Origin: Mobula hypostoma
Lineage: Eukaryota
Assembly (NCBI RefSeq): GCF_963921235.1
Contig: NC_086107.1
Span: 113,090,001 to 113,154,000 of the forward strand
Reading direction: 5' to 3'
Length of the DNA: 64,000 nucleotides
The notes beneath the pieces were generated by a model. That model saw only the letters and a program-made list of their open reading frames with translations, was not told where the DNA came from and did not search any database. Every line of letters starts with the position of its first letter. The first letter of the stretch is position 1. Both the position numbers and the translations under genes were made by a program. Positions 35,255 to 48,579 of the stretch are shown piece after piece.

Positions 35255-36389
35255 CTCTGCAGGCCATGAGCACTCATTGTCACAACACACCTGAAGCTCG
35301 GCAATCTCATCCAAACTTAAACGCTAAATAGACGCTATTGGGGATGCAGGAACTAGCAACCAGGGTGCACAACAGTTCCCCTTGACTTGTGGCACGGAAC
35401 AAGTTCACGTAATTTGACAGCTGGCAAGTCAAATACACTCTCTCAACTTTCTCTGCAGACCTATGGAAAACAGGTCACGCAAAGATACAGCGCTAGCCAG
35501 AACCAAACAGTGAAGTAGAGCCAATCAGTTAACCTGCTGACACCGAGACTTCCTCCTGAGCTGTTCAAAGTGACCTCAGCTTCATCTGTGCAGTCAAAGA
35601 CTATATTTGGGGATTATGCGACCTTACGAGGTTGGTCAGTCATGCTAACTGGAATAGTATTGAAGTAGCTTGCCGAACACCAGCTCTATTCTGACTAATA
35701 TTCAGAAGGGGCCTCGACTGGCTCTGCCACCGACACCAGTCCATCTACTCCAATCAACGAGCAGCTCACGGACGGGGTAGCCCTGCAGTTCCTAGTGTCC
35801 TTGGAGGAGAATCGTCTTTGGATTGTAAAAAATACATTTTACTAAGGAAAAATGCACCTTTGGTTGACCCCCAAGAGGCCGCTGTGTTTGCACACACTGC
35901 CATTTTACCAGAAGTGAATTTCAAGCAGATCAAGATCCTTTCTGTAAGTTCTGATAACCAGAGCAAAGAAATCCCTTGTTCCCAAGGACCCATCCCTCTG
36001 GATGTTTAGCAGTGTGGACTCCCTTGGGATGAGCTTCCTGGAAGCATCAGGAAATCCTGCTCTTAGTTATACCTTGTCGTAGAAACTTCCTGTTTATATA
36101 AAGGATATCAAAACTTGTCTGCAATCTGTTCTGAAGAATCTAGCCAAGTCCTTCAGTGTCAACAGGAAAAACACATGATTATCATGATGTGATCCTTGTT
36201 CTACTGACAATGGTTGAATGGAGCTTTGAGCTCCAATCGTATTGGTTGGGAAAAGCTTCGAAACGTTAGCTCAATCTGGTGCAATTTTGTGGTTGGTTCA
36301 ATTTGCTTGATAGTGTGACTTACACAATTTGAAGTTGAAATTGAGTCACAATGCTGACTTTATTTTTGCCACTGAACAATCCAGTTTCT

Positions 36390-36597
36390 AGGCAACATAC
36401 AAAATGCCAGAGGAACACACTAAGTCAGGCAGCATCTGTGGAAGGGAGTATGCAGTTAAGATTTTGGGCTGGGATCCTTCGTCAGGACTGGGTCTTGGCC
36501 CAAAGCATTTACTGTTTACTCCCCTCTGTAGATGTTGCCCAAAATCTTGAGCATGTCACTCAGTATTTTCAGCATCTGCAGAATCACTTGTGTTTAC
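36390..36597. mobile_element. Inverted pair of PLE pLTR fragments (palindromic mini-element)
   Basis: Minus arm ending atccttcgtcaggactg directly abuts plus arm ggtcttggcccaaagcatttactg...cagcatctgcagaatcacttgtgttt. Confidence 0.7.
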
Positions 36598-37374
36598 AAT
36601 TTCTAGGCATGCGTCTTTCTCCAGGAAACCTTCAAGGCTTGAGGTTGAAGATAATGGAGAGAGGGGAAAGGTTATAAAGGACACGAGGGGCAACTTTTTC
36701 ACACTGTGGAACGAGCTGCCAGAAGAAGTTGAGAGATATTACAGTTTTTACAAGCATTTAGACAGGTGAACGGATAGAAAAGGTTCAGAGGAATCCAGGC
36801 AAATGTGATTAACTCGGGTAGATGACTTGGTTGGCGTGGTGGGGTTGGGCCGAAGAGCCTGTTGCAAACCACTGTTTTTTAAAATGCCTTTGATAAGATG
36901 AATTAATGTAAGACTAAAGTTGTATATTAATCATTTGTACTTTTTACCCAACTCATACATTTTTCACCGCAGGTGGTTCATCCCCACTCACTGGCAGAAA
37001 GCGGTATAGCAGCTAAACTAACGGCTTATCACCTTTGTCAATTCTCATTGGCTAAGTATTAGCATATTACCATGATGTAATTGTGCAATCATTGATTGGT
37101 TTATTTTATTAAGGAATTGCTTTTCTCTCAATTGTAAAAGTGATGGAGTTTTCAGAAGTGCCATCTTTTATCTTCAGCTACTGTCTGCTTTTCGTTAATC
37201 TTGCTTTGTTTCTCAGCTCTTTATTTAGTTTACTTAGTATTTGTATGTTTGTTTGCACTTTAAAATAATCATTAAGAACTTAAGGTTGCCCTTCGTTCTT
37301 GACTCCTGGAAGAACCCCAAGGATCAGATAATAAACAGATTTAACAGGCCTGTTTCGATGATGTAAATGAAGAT

Positions 37375-37762
37375 CGAGATAACTGCAGATGCTGGAAACC
37401 CGAAATAAAAGCAGAAAGATGCTGGGAGCGATCAGCAGATGAGACAATAAACACAAGAGATTCAGCAGAAGCTGGAGGAACTCAGGAGGCCAGGAAGCAT
37501 CTATGGGGTGGAATAGACAGTTGATGTTTCAGGCTGAGATCCTTCAGTTTCAGGTCAGACAAGGTTTCAGGTCTGGGATTTAACGTCTCTTCTGATGAAG
37601 CGCCCAGGGCCTGAAGGGTTAACTAGAAAATTGACCAAGCTGTGCAGAAGTAAATCAGTTCCCACATAAGTCTCATATGTAAGACCTGAAACCTTAACTG
37701 GCTTTCCTTCCACAGATGCTGCCCGACCTGCTGTGTTCTTCCAGCACTTTCTGTTTTTATTG
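37375..37762. mobile_element. Nested/inverted PLE pLTR remnants
   Basis: ctgcagatgctgg...ggaggaactcag (minus) and cacagatgctgcccgacctgctg...ccagcactttctgttttt (plus). Confidence 0.7.
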
Positions 37763-37789
37763 TACATTCTGATCAGGATCAGAACCCGA

Positions 37790-39960
37790 ACCAGATTCAG
37801 GTTTAATTTCACGGGCATGTGCTGTGAAATTTGTTGTCCTTGCAGCAGCAGTACAATACAATACTTGATAACAGAATAAAACTGAATTACAGTAAGTATA
37901 TATGTATATTAAATAGTTAAATTAAATAAGTAGCGCAAAAACAGAAATAAAAAGGCGGTGAGGTAGAATCCATGGGCTCAATGTCCATTCAGAAATCGGA
38001 TGGCAGAGGGAAAGAAGCTGTTCGTAAATCATTGAGTGTGTGCCTTTAGGCTCCTGTACCTCCTTCCTGATGGTAAGAATGAGGACAAGGCATGACCTGG
38101 GTGATAGGGGTCCTGAGTATGGATGCCTCTTGGGGCATTGCTCCTTGAAGATGTCCTGGATACTGTGGAAGCTGGTGCCCATGATAGAGCTGAGTTTACA
38201 GCTCTCTGCAGCGTATTTCGATCCTGTGCAGTAGTCCCCCCGCCCGCCATACCAAATGGTGCTGCGGCCAGTTAGAATGCTCTTCATGGTACATCTGTAC
38301 AAATCTGTGAGTGTCTCTGGTGACAGACCAGATCTCCTCAAGCACCTGATGAAATATATCCACTGTCGTGCCTTCTTTGTAGCTGCATCGACATGTTGGG
38401 TCCAGGTTAGATCCTCAGAGATATTGACACCCAGGATCTTGAAATTGCTCACTCTTTCTGCCTCTGACCCCTCTATGAGGACTGGTGTGTGTTCCCTCGT
38501 CTTACCCTTTCTGAAGTCCACAATCAGCTCTTCAGTCCTATTGACGTTTGAGTGCGATCGGCAAATTGCAGTGGTCCCTTGTTGAGAGTGGAGTTAATTC
38601 TAGCCGTAACCAACCTCTCAAGGCACTTCATCACCATAGATGTGAGTACTACTGAGTGATAGCCCTTGGGCACTTGAATAATTGTTGCCTTTTTGAAGCC
38701 AGTGCTAACTTCCAACTGTAGTAATGAGAGATTAAAAATGTCTTTGAACACCCCTGTCAGTTGGTTGTCACAGGTTTTCAGAGTCTTACCAGATATCCCA
38801 TCGGTCCTGGTGTCTTGAAAGACAGCTTGATGGCAGCCTCCGAGACAGAAATCTCAGGCTCACAGCTGTGGTTATATTCTCCCTTTCAAAGTGGCATAAA
38901 GAGGCGTTGGGCTCATCTGAGAGTGAAGATTGCTGCCATTCATGATGTTGTCACCTGCCAACCCTGCCAGAGTTGACGTGTATCCAGTTCTGCTTCCAAC
39001 CTTGTTCAGAATTGTTCCTTGGATTTGAAATAGCCCTCCACGAGTTGTACAGGCTTTTGTTTTACAGACCTGGGTCGCCAGGCTTGAATGCCACAGATCT
39101 AGCCCCCAGCAGACTACCAACCTCCTGGTTTATCCACAGCTTTTGATTTGGTTATGTACAGGACGTTCTCATAGGCACACGCTCGTCCTCACAAGTTTTA
39201 ATGAATCAGAGATAGCTGTGACGTACTCATTCAGACCCGAAGATGAATCCCTGAATACGGTCCAGTCCCCTGATTCAAAGCAGTCCTGCGAATCCTCCTG
39301 TACTGTCATTATCCATACCTTCTTGGTCCTCACTGCTGGTCTGCAGTCTTCAGTCTCTGCCTATACTCAGGGAGGAGAAGTACAGCCAGGTGATCAGACT
39401 TTCCAAAGTGTGGGAGTGGGATAGCACTGTAAGTGCTCTGAATGGTGGTGTAACCGTGGTCCAGTGTGTTGGTTCCTCTGGTACTACAAGTGATTGGCTG
39501 GTAATAATTATTTAGAGACTTTTTCAAGCTGGCCTGGTTAAAATCCCCCAAGATGATGGGGAAGGCATCAGGATGTGCTGTTTCCTGCCTGTTGATTACG
39601 TCACTCAGTTCATCTAGAGCCTGTTTGACACGGGCCTGAGGTGGGATCTACACCATTACTGAGGTGATGGATGAAATCTCTCCCAGCAGATAAAAGGGAC
39701 AACACTTGATCGCGAGACGTTTCAGGTCGGCTGAGCAGGACAGAGACAGCACGTTAACGTTTATACACCAAATGAGTTGATCATAAAGTGTACTACACCT
39801 CCTCTGCCTTTGAGAGGCTCAGCAATCCTATCTTGGCGGTGAATTGTGAACCTTTCAGGCTGTATCACAGAGTATAGAATAGCAGATGATAACCAAAGTC
39901 CTGTGAAACAAAAAAGTACAATAGCTTTTAATGTCTCTCTGCTACAGCAATCTAGCTCTG
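37790..39960 (-). mobile_element. Rex1/Babar LINE, decayed EN + RT + 3' end
   Basis: GDFNQASLK...TLDHGY...GKSDH; FKDIFNLSL...MKCLERLV; DFRKGK...KKARQW.YF. Confidence 0.9.
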
Positions 39961-40042
39961 AGATCTTCAATTTTATTTACCAGAGACAAGAAAGCTGGTA
40001 TTTGGAGTCAGAATTCACGTTTTCTTAGAGGAACTTTTATGT

Positions 40043-40138
40043 TCCTGATGAAGGGTCTCACCCAAAACATTGACTGTTCATTCCTCTCCATCGATGCTGC
40101 CTGACCTGCTGAGCTCCTCCGGCATTTTGTGTGTGTTA
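40043..40138 (+). mobile_element. PLE pLTR remnant with decayed hammerhead
   Basis: cctgatgaagggtctcacccaaaacattgactg...gatgctgcctgacctgctgag. Confidence 0.75.
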
Positions 40139-40924
40139 TTTTAGAACTTCATAGCTGGATCGGCACAACGTTGTGGGCCGAATGGCCTGTTCTGTGTTCT
40201 GTTATTGACAGCAGAATAGTTGTTTTGAAAGGAAGAGTTTTGCACTTAGAAGCTGTAGAAGTGAGGCACAACACTAGGGAGATAATTGCGACGTGACATG
40301 GAATCTGAGCAATTTAGATGATCGGTGATGACAGAGGAATTTTTAATGACTGATGGAGATTGTGTGGGAACGTTAATTCATCCATTGACAGAGAAAAATC
40401 ATCACTTTTGCGGACAGGATGTTAAACCAGTTTCACAGCCGCGGGCTTGTTTGAATGAAAACAGCCATTAACAAAGAAAGAAGGCAGGGAAGAAAAGGGA
40501 AGAAAAAAGTAGCAATCAAGCATTTAAGATTGAAACAGTGTTTGAAGTTGTAGGAAGCCTCAAAACTTGGCAGGAGGCAAGTTAATTCCATTGAAGCCAC
40601 CCCTATGATGTGGGAAAAGAGACTGCCAGATGAAATGATCTCTCCGGAATTTTCTGTTGACTTGTGGCAGGTCACGTCTTGCATCCTTCGTTTCTCAGTA
40701 TCACAAAGGGCCAGGAATTGGTTTCCATGGAGGCTTCTTTCCCCCTTTATGTGTATGGATTGCATAAACTGGAAAACATCTATTTTTACAGTAAGAAAGA
40801 TTAATCAGATAATGAGCGTTAGGAGGCTGCAACAAAGAGACATGCACAGGGCCTTGGCCCACTAAGTCAACACTGACATTAAAAACCCACTTACACAATC
40901 ATTCACTAATCCTTTTCTATTCAA

Positions 40925-41165
40925 AGATTAAAGATCAGCTTTATTTGTTACATCTACATCAAAACATTGAAACACACGGTGAAACGTGTCATTTGCATCA
41001 ACGATCACCGCAGTGCGATGATATACAAGAGTGACAACGCAACACGCCCACGACTTACTCAACCCTAACTCCTACAATACGTCCTTGGACTGTGGGAGGA
41101 AACCGGAGCACCCGGAGGAAATCCACGCGGTCACGAGGAGAACGTACAAACTCCTTACAGACAGT
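40925..41165 (-). mobile_element. V-domain SINE fragment
   Basis: tgtgggaggaaaccggagcacccggaggaaatccacgc...aaactccttacagacag. Confidence 0.8.
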
Positions 41166-41304
41166 GCTTTGAGGCTCTCCCACATTCAGGCGGCGCTGTG
41201 GAGCAGCTAGAATTTAATTGCCTGTCCCCCCCTTGCCTCATGCATACTGTATATCTTTATTGTAATTTATAATATTTTTTATAACTTGCACTGTACTCCA
41301 AGAG

Positions 41305-41720
41305 GACCGCAACTTGTCGTGTGGTTTGGAAGCTTGTGTGCCTCCGTTACCTGGAGAGCTATGTTGGCTGGATTCAGGGCTTTACACTTTGGTTCTTGGT
41401 GGGGTCACCAATGTTAAACAGGTCAAAGGGTAGAGGCCAGACTAAGAGTGGTCCACCGGTCCTCCAGGTTCAGGGATACAGCTCAGGGGCTAACAACCCT
41501 CATCGGTAAAACAAAATTGTTATGGAAACAGCAATGAAGAATCCTTCTACATCTGAGTGCAATGGATTCCTGAGTCTCCACCTGGGACTTGCATGACTGA
41601 TAGTAGTGAGGACCGAGAGGAAGCTACTGACACGATGAAGGAAGCCCTGAACATCGCCAGAGATGGAGGACCTTCATTGCTGCCCCAAACACCAGTGGTG
41701 TAATGGACAGTAAGTAAATA
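41305..41720 (+). mobile_element. Non-autonomous bipartite RTE-derived element
   Basis: 5' aacttgtcgtgtggtttggaagc...cctccaggttc...gctaacaaccc; 3' agatggaggaccttcattgctgccc...gtaatggacagtaagtaa. Confidence 0.78.
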
Positions 41721-41769
41721 ATTACCAAACTGCTGCCAAAAAACAGCAAATTTCACAACATATAAAACC

Positions 41770-44740
41770 ATGAGACATAGAAGCAGAATTAGGCCATTCA
41801 GCCCATCGAGTCCGCTCCGCCATTTCACTGTGGCTGATCCCAGATCCCACTCAACCCTATACACCTGCCCTCTCACCATATCCCTTGATGCCCCGACCAA
41901 TCAGGAATCTGTCAACTTCTGCTTTAAATATACCCATGGACTTAGCCACCGCAGTCTATGGCAGAGCATTCCACAGATTCACCACTATTTGGCTAAAAAG
42001 GTTTCTACTTACTTCTGTTCTAAAAAGTCGCCCCTCAGTTTTGAGGATGTGCCCTCTAATTCTTGATACCCTCACCAGAGGAAGCATTCTCTCCACATCC
42101 ACCTTATCTAGTCCTTTCAACATTCAGTAGGTTTCAATGACATCCCCATGCATTCTTCTAAATTCCAGTGAGTACAGGGCCCAAAGCTGCCAAATGTTCC
42201 TCGTATGCTAACCCCTCCGTTCCTGGAATCATCCTTGTGAACCTCCTCTGGAATCTCTCCACTGACAGTACATCCGTTCTGAGTTAAGTGGCCCACAACT
42301 GTTGACAATACTCTAAGTGTTGCCTGACTTATAAAGTTTCAGCATTATCTCCTTGTTTTTATATTCTATCCCCCTTGAAATAAACACCAACATTGCATTT
42401 GCCTTCTTTACCACAGACTCAACCTGTAAATTAACCTTCTGGGAGTCTTGCACGAGGACTCCTAAGTCTCTCTGCATCTCTGATGTTTGAACCTTCTCCC
42501 CATTTAGATAATAGTCTGCACTGTTGTTCCTTTTACCAAAATGCACTATCAGACATTTCCCAACACTGCATTCCATCTGCCACTTTTTTGTCCATTCTTT
42601 CAATTTACCCAAGTCCTGCTGTAATCACATTGCTTCCTCAGCACTACCTACCCCTCCACCTATCTTCATGTCATCTGCAAACTTTGCCACAAAGCCATCA
42701 ATACCACTATCTAAATCACTGAGAAACAATATGAAAAGTAGCAGTCCCACTCTGACCCCTGAGGAACACCACTACTCACTAGCAGCCAACCAGAAAAGGC
42801 CCCTTTTATTCCCACTCGCGGTCTCCCGACTCTCAGCCATTCCTCTTATCAAATGCCTTCTGAAATTGTAAGTGAATGACATTCACTGCCCCTCCTTTGT
42901 CCACCCTGCTTATTAGTTCTTCAAAGAATTCTAACAGATCTGTCAGGCAAGATTCCCTTCAGAGAAGCCATGTTGACTTTCACTTATCATTCGTCTCCAG
43001 GTACCCCGAAATCTCATCCTTAATAATTGACTCCGACACTTTCCCAACTACCGAGGTTAGGCTAACTTGCCTATAATTTCCTCTCTTTTGTCTTCCTCCC
43101 TTCTTAAAGATTGGAGTGACATTTGCAAATTTCCAGTCCTCCAGGACCATGCCAGAATCAAGTGATTCTTGAAAGATCATGACCAATGCATCCGTTATTT
43201 CCTCATAATCTCTCTCAGGACTCTGGGACGTAGTCCATCTGGTCCAACTGACTAATCCACCTTAAGACCTTTCAGTTTTCCTTTGTAATAGCAATGGTCC
43301 TCACTCCTGCTCCCTGACTCTTACAGACCTATGGCATATAGCTAGTGTCTTCCGCAGTAAAGACTGAAGCAAAGTACTTATTGAGTTCATCTGCCATTTC
43401 TTTGTCCCCCATTACTACCTCACCAACATCATTTTCCAGTGGTCCAATCTCAATGCTCACCTCCCTTTTACTCTTTATATAATTGAAAAAAATTTAGTAT
43501 CCTGCTTTATATTATTGGTTAGTTTATCCCCATATTTCATCTGTTCCCTTCTTATAGCTTTTTTAGTTGCCTTTTGTTGGATTTTAAAATATTCCCAATC
43601 ATCCAACTTCCCACTCACTTGTGCTACCTTATTTGCCCTTTCCTTGGCTTTGATGCCGTCCTCACCTTCCCTTTTCAGCCACGGTTGCCTAGCCCTGTAA
43701 TTTGAGAAACTTCTTCTGTGGGACATATCTATCCTGCACCTTGTGAACTATTCTCAGAAACTTTATCCAACTCTGCTCTGCCGTCATCCCCAGTAGTGTC
43801 CCCTTCCAACCCACCTGGGCAAGCTCCTCTCTCATGCCTCTGTAATTCCCTTTATTCCATTGTGATATTGATACAAGTGAGTTAGCTTCTCCCTCTCAAA
43901 TTGCAATATGAATTCAATCATATCATTATTACGGCCTCCTAAGGGTTCCTTTACTTTAAGCTAACTAATAAGATCTGGGTTATTACACAACTCCCAATCC
44001 AAGCCAGCCTTTCCCCTAGTAGGCTCGAGCACAAGCTCTCTAAAAAGCCATCTGGTGGCATTCAACAAATTCCCTTTCTTGTGATCCGACACCAAGCTGG
44101 TTTTCCCAATGCCTTTGCATATTGAAATCCCCCATTACAATTGTGTCATTACCTTTATTACATGTCGTTTCTTTGCAATCTCAACCCCACATCTTGCTAC
44201 TATTTGGAGGCCTGTATATGATTCTCATAATGGATTTTTTACTGTAGTTTCTTAACTCCACCAACAAAGATTCAACCTTCTCTGACCCTATGTCACCTCC
44301 TTCTAAAGATGGAATTCCATTTCTTACCAACAGAACCACAACACCACCTATATCTTCCTGCTTGCCCTTTCAATGCAAAGTATATCCTTTGATGTTAAGC
44401 TCACAACTATGCCCACAACGTCATTCCAACCCATCCCTAATTGTGCCACAAGTTTGTCCACCTTATTCTGAATGCTGTGTGCATTTGAATACAGCATCTT
44501 CAGTGTGCATTCTTCACCCTTTTGAATTTTGCCTCTGTGGTACAATTTAACTCTGTCTGTAGTTGTACCCAATCATTGGCTTGTCCTTTTTTACATTCAT
44601 GTTACATATTACATCATCTACTTGTAAACCTTCTGGCCCATCCTCAGCTCTATCATACTCGTTCCCATCCTCCTGCCATATTTATTTAAACCACTCCCAA
44701 CAACTCTAGCGAACCTGCCCGCAAGGATATTGCCCGCCTC
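41770..44740 (-). mobile_element. CR1 LINE, long decayed copy
   Basis: ORF1 end, EN (YSNAHSIQNK), RT (WKFANVTPIFKKG...NYRQVSLTSVVGK), KKANAML, CR1 3' terminus at ~41775. Confidence 0.92.
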
Positions 44741-45533
44741 AGAATCTACACTACCTGGTTCAGGAACAGTTATTACCCCTCAACCATCAGGCTCTTGAAC
44801 CAGAAGGGATAACTTCATTCAACTTCACTCTCCTCATCTCAGAACAGTTCCTACAACTTATGACCTCACTTTCGAAGACTTTTCATTTCATATTCTTGAT
44901 ATTTATTCATTATTAATATTATTTCATTTTTCTTTCTTTTCTATTTGCACGCTGGTTGTTTTCCTGTCCTGTTCAGTGCTGTCTTTCATTGATTCTATTA
45001 TTTTTCCTGGATTTACTGAGTATGCCCGCAAGTAAACAGGGTGGTATATGGTGCCTTGATAATAAATTTACCTTGAACTTTGGTATTAAACCTGATTCTG
45101 ATGCTGGTGCTGATTTCGGTCGTTCAGGTGGCGAGGAAGTGCCAGGATTTTGACCCAGCGACGGTGACGGTACAGTGATTGAAGCGTTGACTGTTTGTTC
45201 CCCTCCATGGATGCTGCCTGACCTGCCGAGTTCCTCCATCATTTTGCGTGTGTTACGCTGGATTTCCAGCGCCCGCCCAATCTCTTGTGTCCAAGTCAAG
45301 ATGGCGTGCGGTTTGGAGGGGCAACCTCGAGATGGTGACGTTCTCCTTGTCCTTCGAGGTGATAGGCTTGGAGTCTGGGTGTATTGCTTCAGGGCATCCT
45401 GTAGACAGCACATACTGTGCTGCAACGTCTGCGTCAGTGGTGGAGAGTGAACAGTTGCAGCTGGGGTGCCTTCATCCTTGGGCCAGATGAAGGGTCTCGG
45501 CCCGAAATGTTGATTGCTTACTCCCCTCATGGA

Positions 45534-46222
45534 CACGAGAAAGTCTTCAGATGCTGAAAGTCCAAGGCAACATGCACAGAATGCTGGAGGAACTCAGCAG
45601 GCCAGGCAGCATCTGTGGAAGATAGTAAGCAGTCAATGTTTCAAGCCGAGACCCTTCGTCAGGACTGAGAAGGAAGAGGGGAAGTCAGGAAGAAGAAGGT
45701 GGGGGGAGAGGAGGAAGAAGTTCAAGGTGGAAGGTGATAGATGAAACTGGGCAAGGGGGAGGGGTGAAATAACGGGCTGGGAAGTTGATTTGAGAAAGAG
45801 ATAAATGCCTGGAGAAGGGGGAATCTGATAGGAGAGGACAGAAGACCACGGACGAAAGGGAAGGGGGAGAAGATGGGCAGGTGAGGAGATAGGGAAAGAA
45901 GGAAGGAGAGGAGGTGGGCAATTACTGGAGGTTCGAGGAATTGATGATCACGCCATCAGGTTGGAGGCAACCCAGACGGAATATAAGGTGTTGCTCCTCC
46001 AACCTGAGTTTGGCCTCATCATAGCAGTAAAGGAGGCCGTGGACTGATGTGTCAGAGTGGGAGTGGGAAGTAGAATTGGGAAATCCCGCTTTTTATGGTG
46101 GACAGAGGGAAGATGCTCGGCGAAGCGTTCTCCCAATCTATGTCGGGTCTCACCGATATACAGGAGGCCATAACTGGAGCAGCAGATGACCCCAACAGAC
46201 TCACAGGTGCAATGTCGCCTCA
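45534..46222 (-). mobile_element. PLE 3' fragment (GIY-YIG + pLTR with hammerhead at 45630-45667) inserted into another pLTR
   Basis: TCESVGVICCSSYGLLYIGETRHRLGERFAEHL; 10 bp direct repeat cctcatggac at 45525-45534 and 46223-46232. Confidence 0.88.
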
Positions 46223-47177
46223 CCTCATGGACGCTGCCTGACTTGTGGAATTTCGTGAGCATTGCTCAAGATTCCAGCATCATGTGTGCTTACGGGGCTG
46301 TCACGTCCCGTGTGTGTCCAGCTTCTTGATGTTTTGGAACCTGCGTTCATCTCAGCAAGTGGAGAGTTTTCCGTCACTCAGCTGACTTGATCCTTTGCAG
46401 ATGGTGGAGAGGCCTAGGGGAGTTAAGTGGAGAGTGACCGGCCTCAGAATTTTTAGCCCTCTGACCTGCCCTTGTACACGGCAGCTGCATTTCAGTTTCT
46501 GAACTGGATGTAAGATTCTGTGGGGATTAAACAATGGAGCTGAGGAGATGTATCCATGGGTGGGTGGTTGAACTAGAGTTCAAAGCACATTTATTATCAC
46601 AGTCTATATGGGCAGCCACAAAACAAGAAACTCAAAAGAACTCTTTAAAAAATCCAAGGAACACCCAATGTGCAGAGAGAGAGAAAGGAAAACTAATTGT
46701 GCACACAATAAAAACAAGCAGAGAGCATTCCGAATGGAAGTGAGTCCAAAGGAATGAAGCCCAGATCGGATGGAGCGGGCCCACAGCCTCAGCCTCAGTT
46801 CACAGAGGGGCATAGTTTTGGAATGAAGTGTTATGAGGGAAACAAAGAGGAATTTCTTCTCTCTGAGGATTGTGAATAAAGTGTCACCCACTTAAGAAGG
46901 AAATGAAGAAATGTCTTACCTCAGAGGATTGAGAATCTTTAGAGTTCAGTGCTCTAGAGGGCTATAAAGTTGGACTTGCTGAACGCATTCAAAGTGGAGA
47001 GCGACGAAAGAGGAGTCGAGGGGAATGGAGAAAGAGTGGGAAATGGTGCTGAGAGCAATATTGGAGCAACCTCAAAGGCTTCCTTCTCATAATTTACAGT
47101 GAGGATTCACTGTCACAGGTTTACCCCTGAAGACCTGAAAACGTTGGCTAGTAGCTAGTGCGGTACTAGCCAACATT

Positions 47178-47667
47178 GGTAGGTTCACAAGGTTAATTCC
47201 CGGGATGGCGGGACTGTCATATGTCGAAAGATTGGAGCGACTGGGCTTGTATACTCTGGAATTTAGAAGGCTGAGAGGGGATCTTATTGAAACATATAAG
47301 ATTATTAAGGGATTGGACACGCTGGAGGCAGGAAGCATGTTCCCACTGATGGGTGAGTCCAGAACCAGAGGCCACAGTTTAAGAATTAGGGATAGGCCAT
47401 TTAGAACAGAGTTGAGGAAAAACTTTTTCACCCAGAGAGTGGTGGATATATGGAATGCTCTGCCCCAGAAGGCTGTGGAGGCCAAGTCTCTGGATGCTTT
47501 CAAGAAAGAGATGGATAGAGCTCTTAAAGATAGCGGAATCAAAGGTTATGGGGATAAGGCAGGAACTGGATACTGATTGTGGATGATCAGCCATGATCAC
47601 AGTGAATGGCGGCGCTGGCTCGAAGGGCTGAATGGCCTACTCCTGCACCTATTGTCTATTGTCTATT
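47178..47667 (+). mobile_element. Young CR1 3' fragment (same family as 14925-18096)
   Basis: Uninterrupted ORF 47205-47576 and (ctattgt)n tail; another CR1 3' end follows at ~47790-48060. Confidence 0.92.
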
Positions 47668-48579
47668 GGTACTGAGGGAATGCAGCTCTGCATTTCCAAC
47701 AAGACTCTGGGCTGAGATCTATCAACACTCCTGTGTGGACGCAGAAGACCCTGCAGCGTCTGAGGTGGAGTAGAGGGCTTCTCCACACTTTTCCCATGAG
47801 GGGATGTGAGGGGTAAGTTTTTACTCGGAGTGGTGGATGCCTGGAATGTGCTGCCTGGTATGGTGGTAGAGACAAATACATTAGAGGACTTTAAGAGACG
47901 TTTGGATAGGTACATGGATGTAAAGAACATGGAGGGTTATGGACATGGTGTAGGTAGGAGGGATTAGTGTTTGGGTGTTTTTGATTTGATTTTTAGCTGG
48001 GTCAGCACAACACTGTGGGCCGAATGGCCTGCTCCTGTACAGCTCTATTTTCTATGTTCTATAAGTCGTACTAAGTTGGTAACTAAGGTGCCCTCAGTCC
48101 GTACTGGGATCTGGTCCTTTCTGATGTATTACAATTCATGTTTATTTATCGGTACTGAACGCTTCCTGGGGGCACGTGGGCGTTACCTGGGCGCAGCGCA
48201 CTCCTACCTAACGCGGAATGATCTATGAGCAGAAATATCTTTACACGGTGCATACATCACCCCGAGGCCAAAACTGTTAACCGATTAACTGACATATGAT
48301 TGTATCAAACATGACAGAGTCTTATTATGGAAAGCTAAACAATTAAAAAAGATGTGTTTGCCCAGAACCTTTCACAGTTGGAATTGCCTCGGGTGATTTA
48401 TCTACAGTCTTGCAAGCATTGCCACGTAATCCGTATGAAGTTATTTCAGGGATACTGTTTGTCTTCCCTTCCTGGGAAGGGAGGAACGTAATGACAAAAC
48501 TTTATCCCTGAACTCATCTCGAATTTGCAGGATCTCTAGCGCACAGAACAGAGAACAGGCCCTTCTGTTTCGACTTCCA

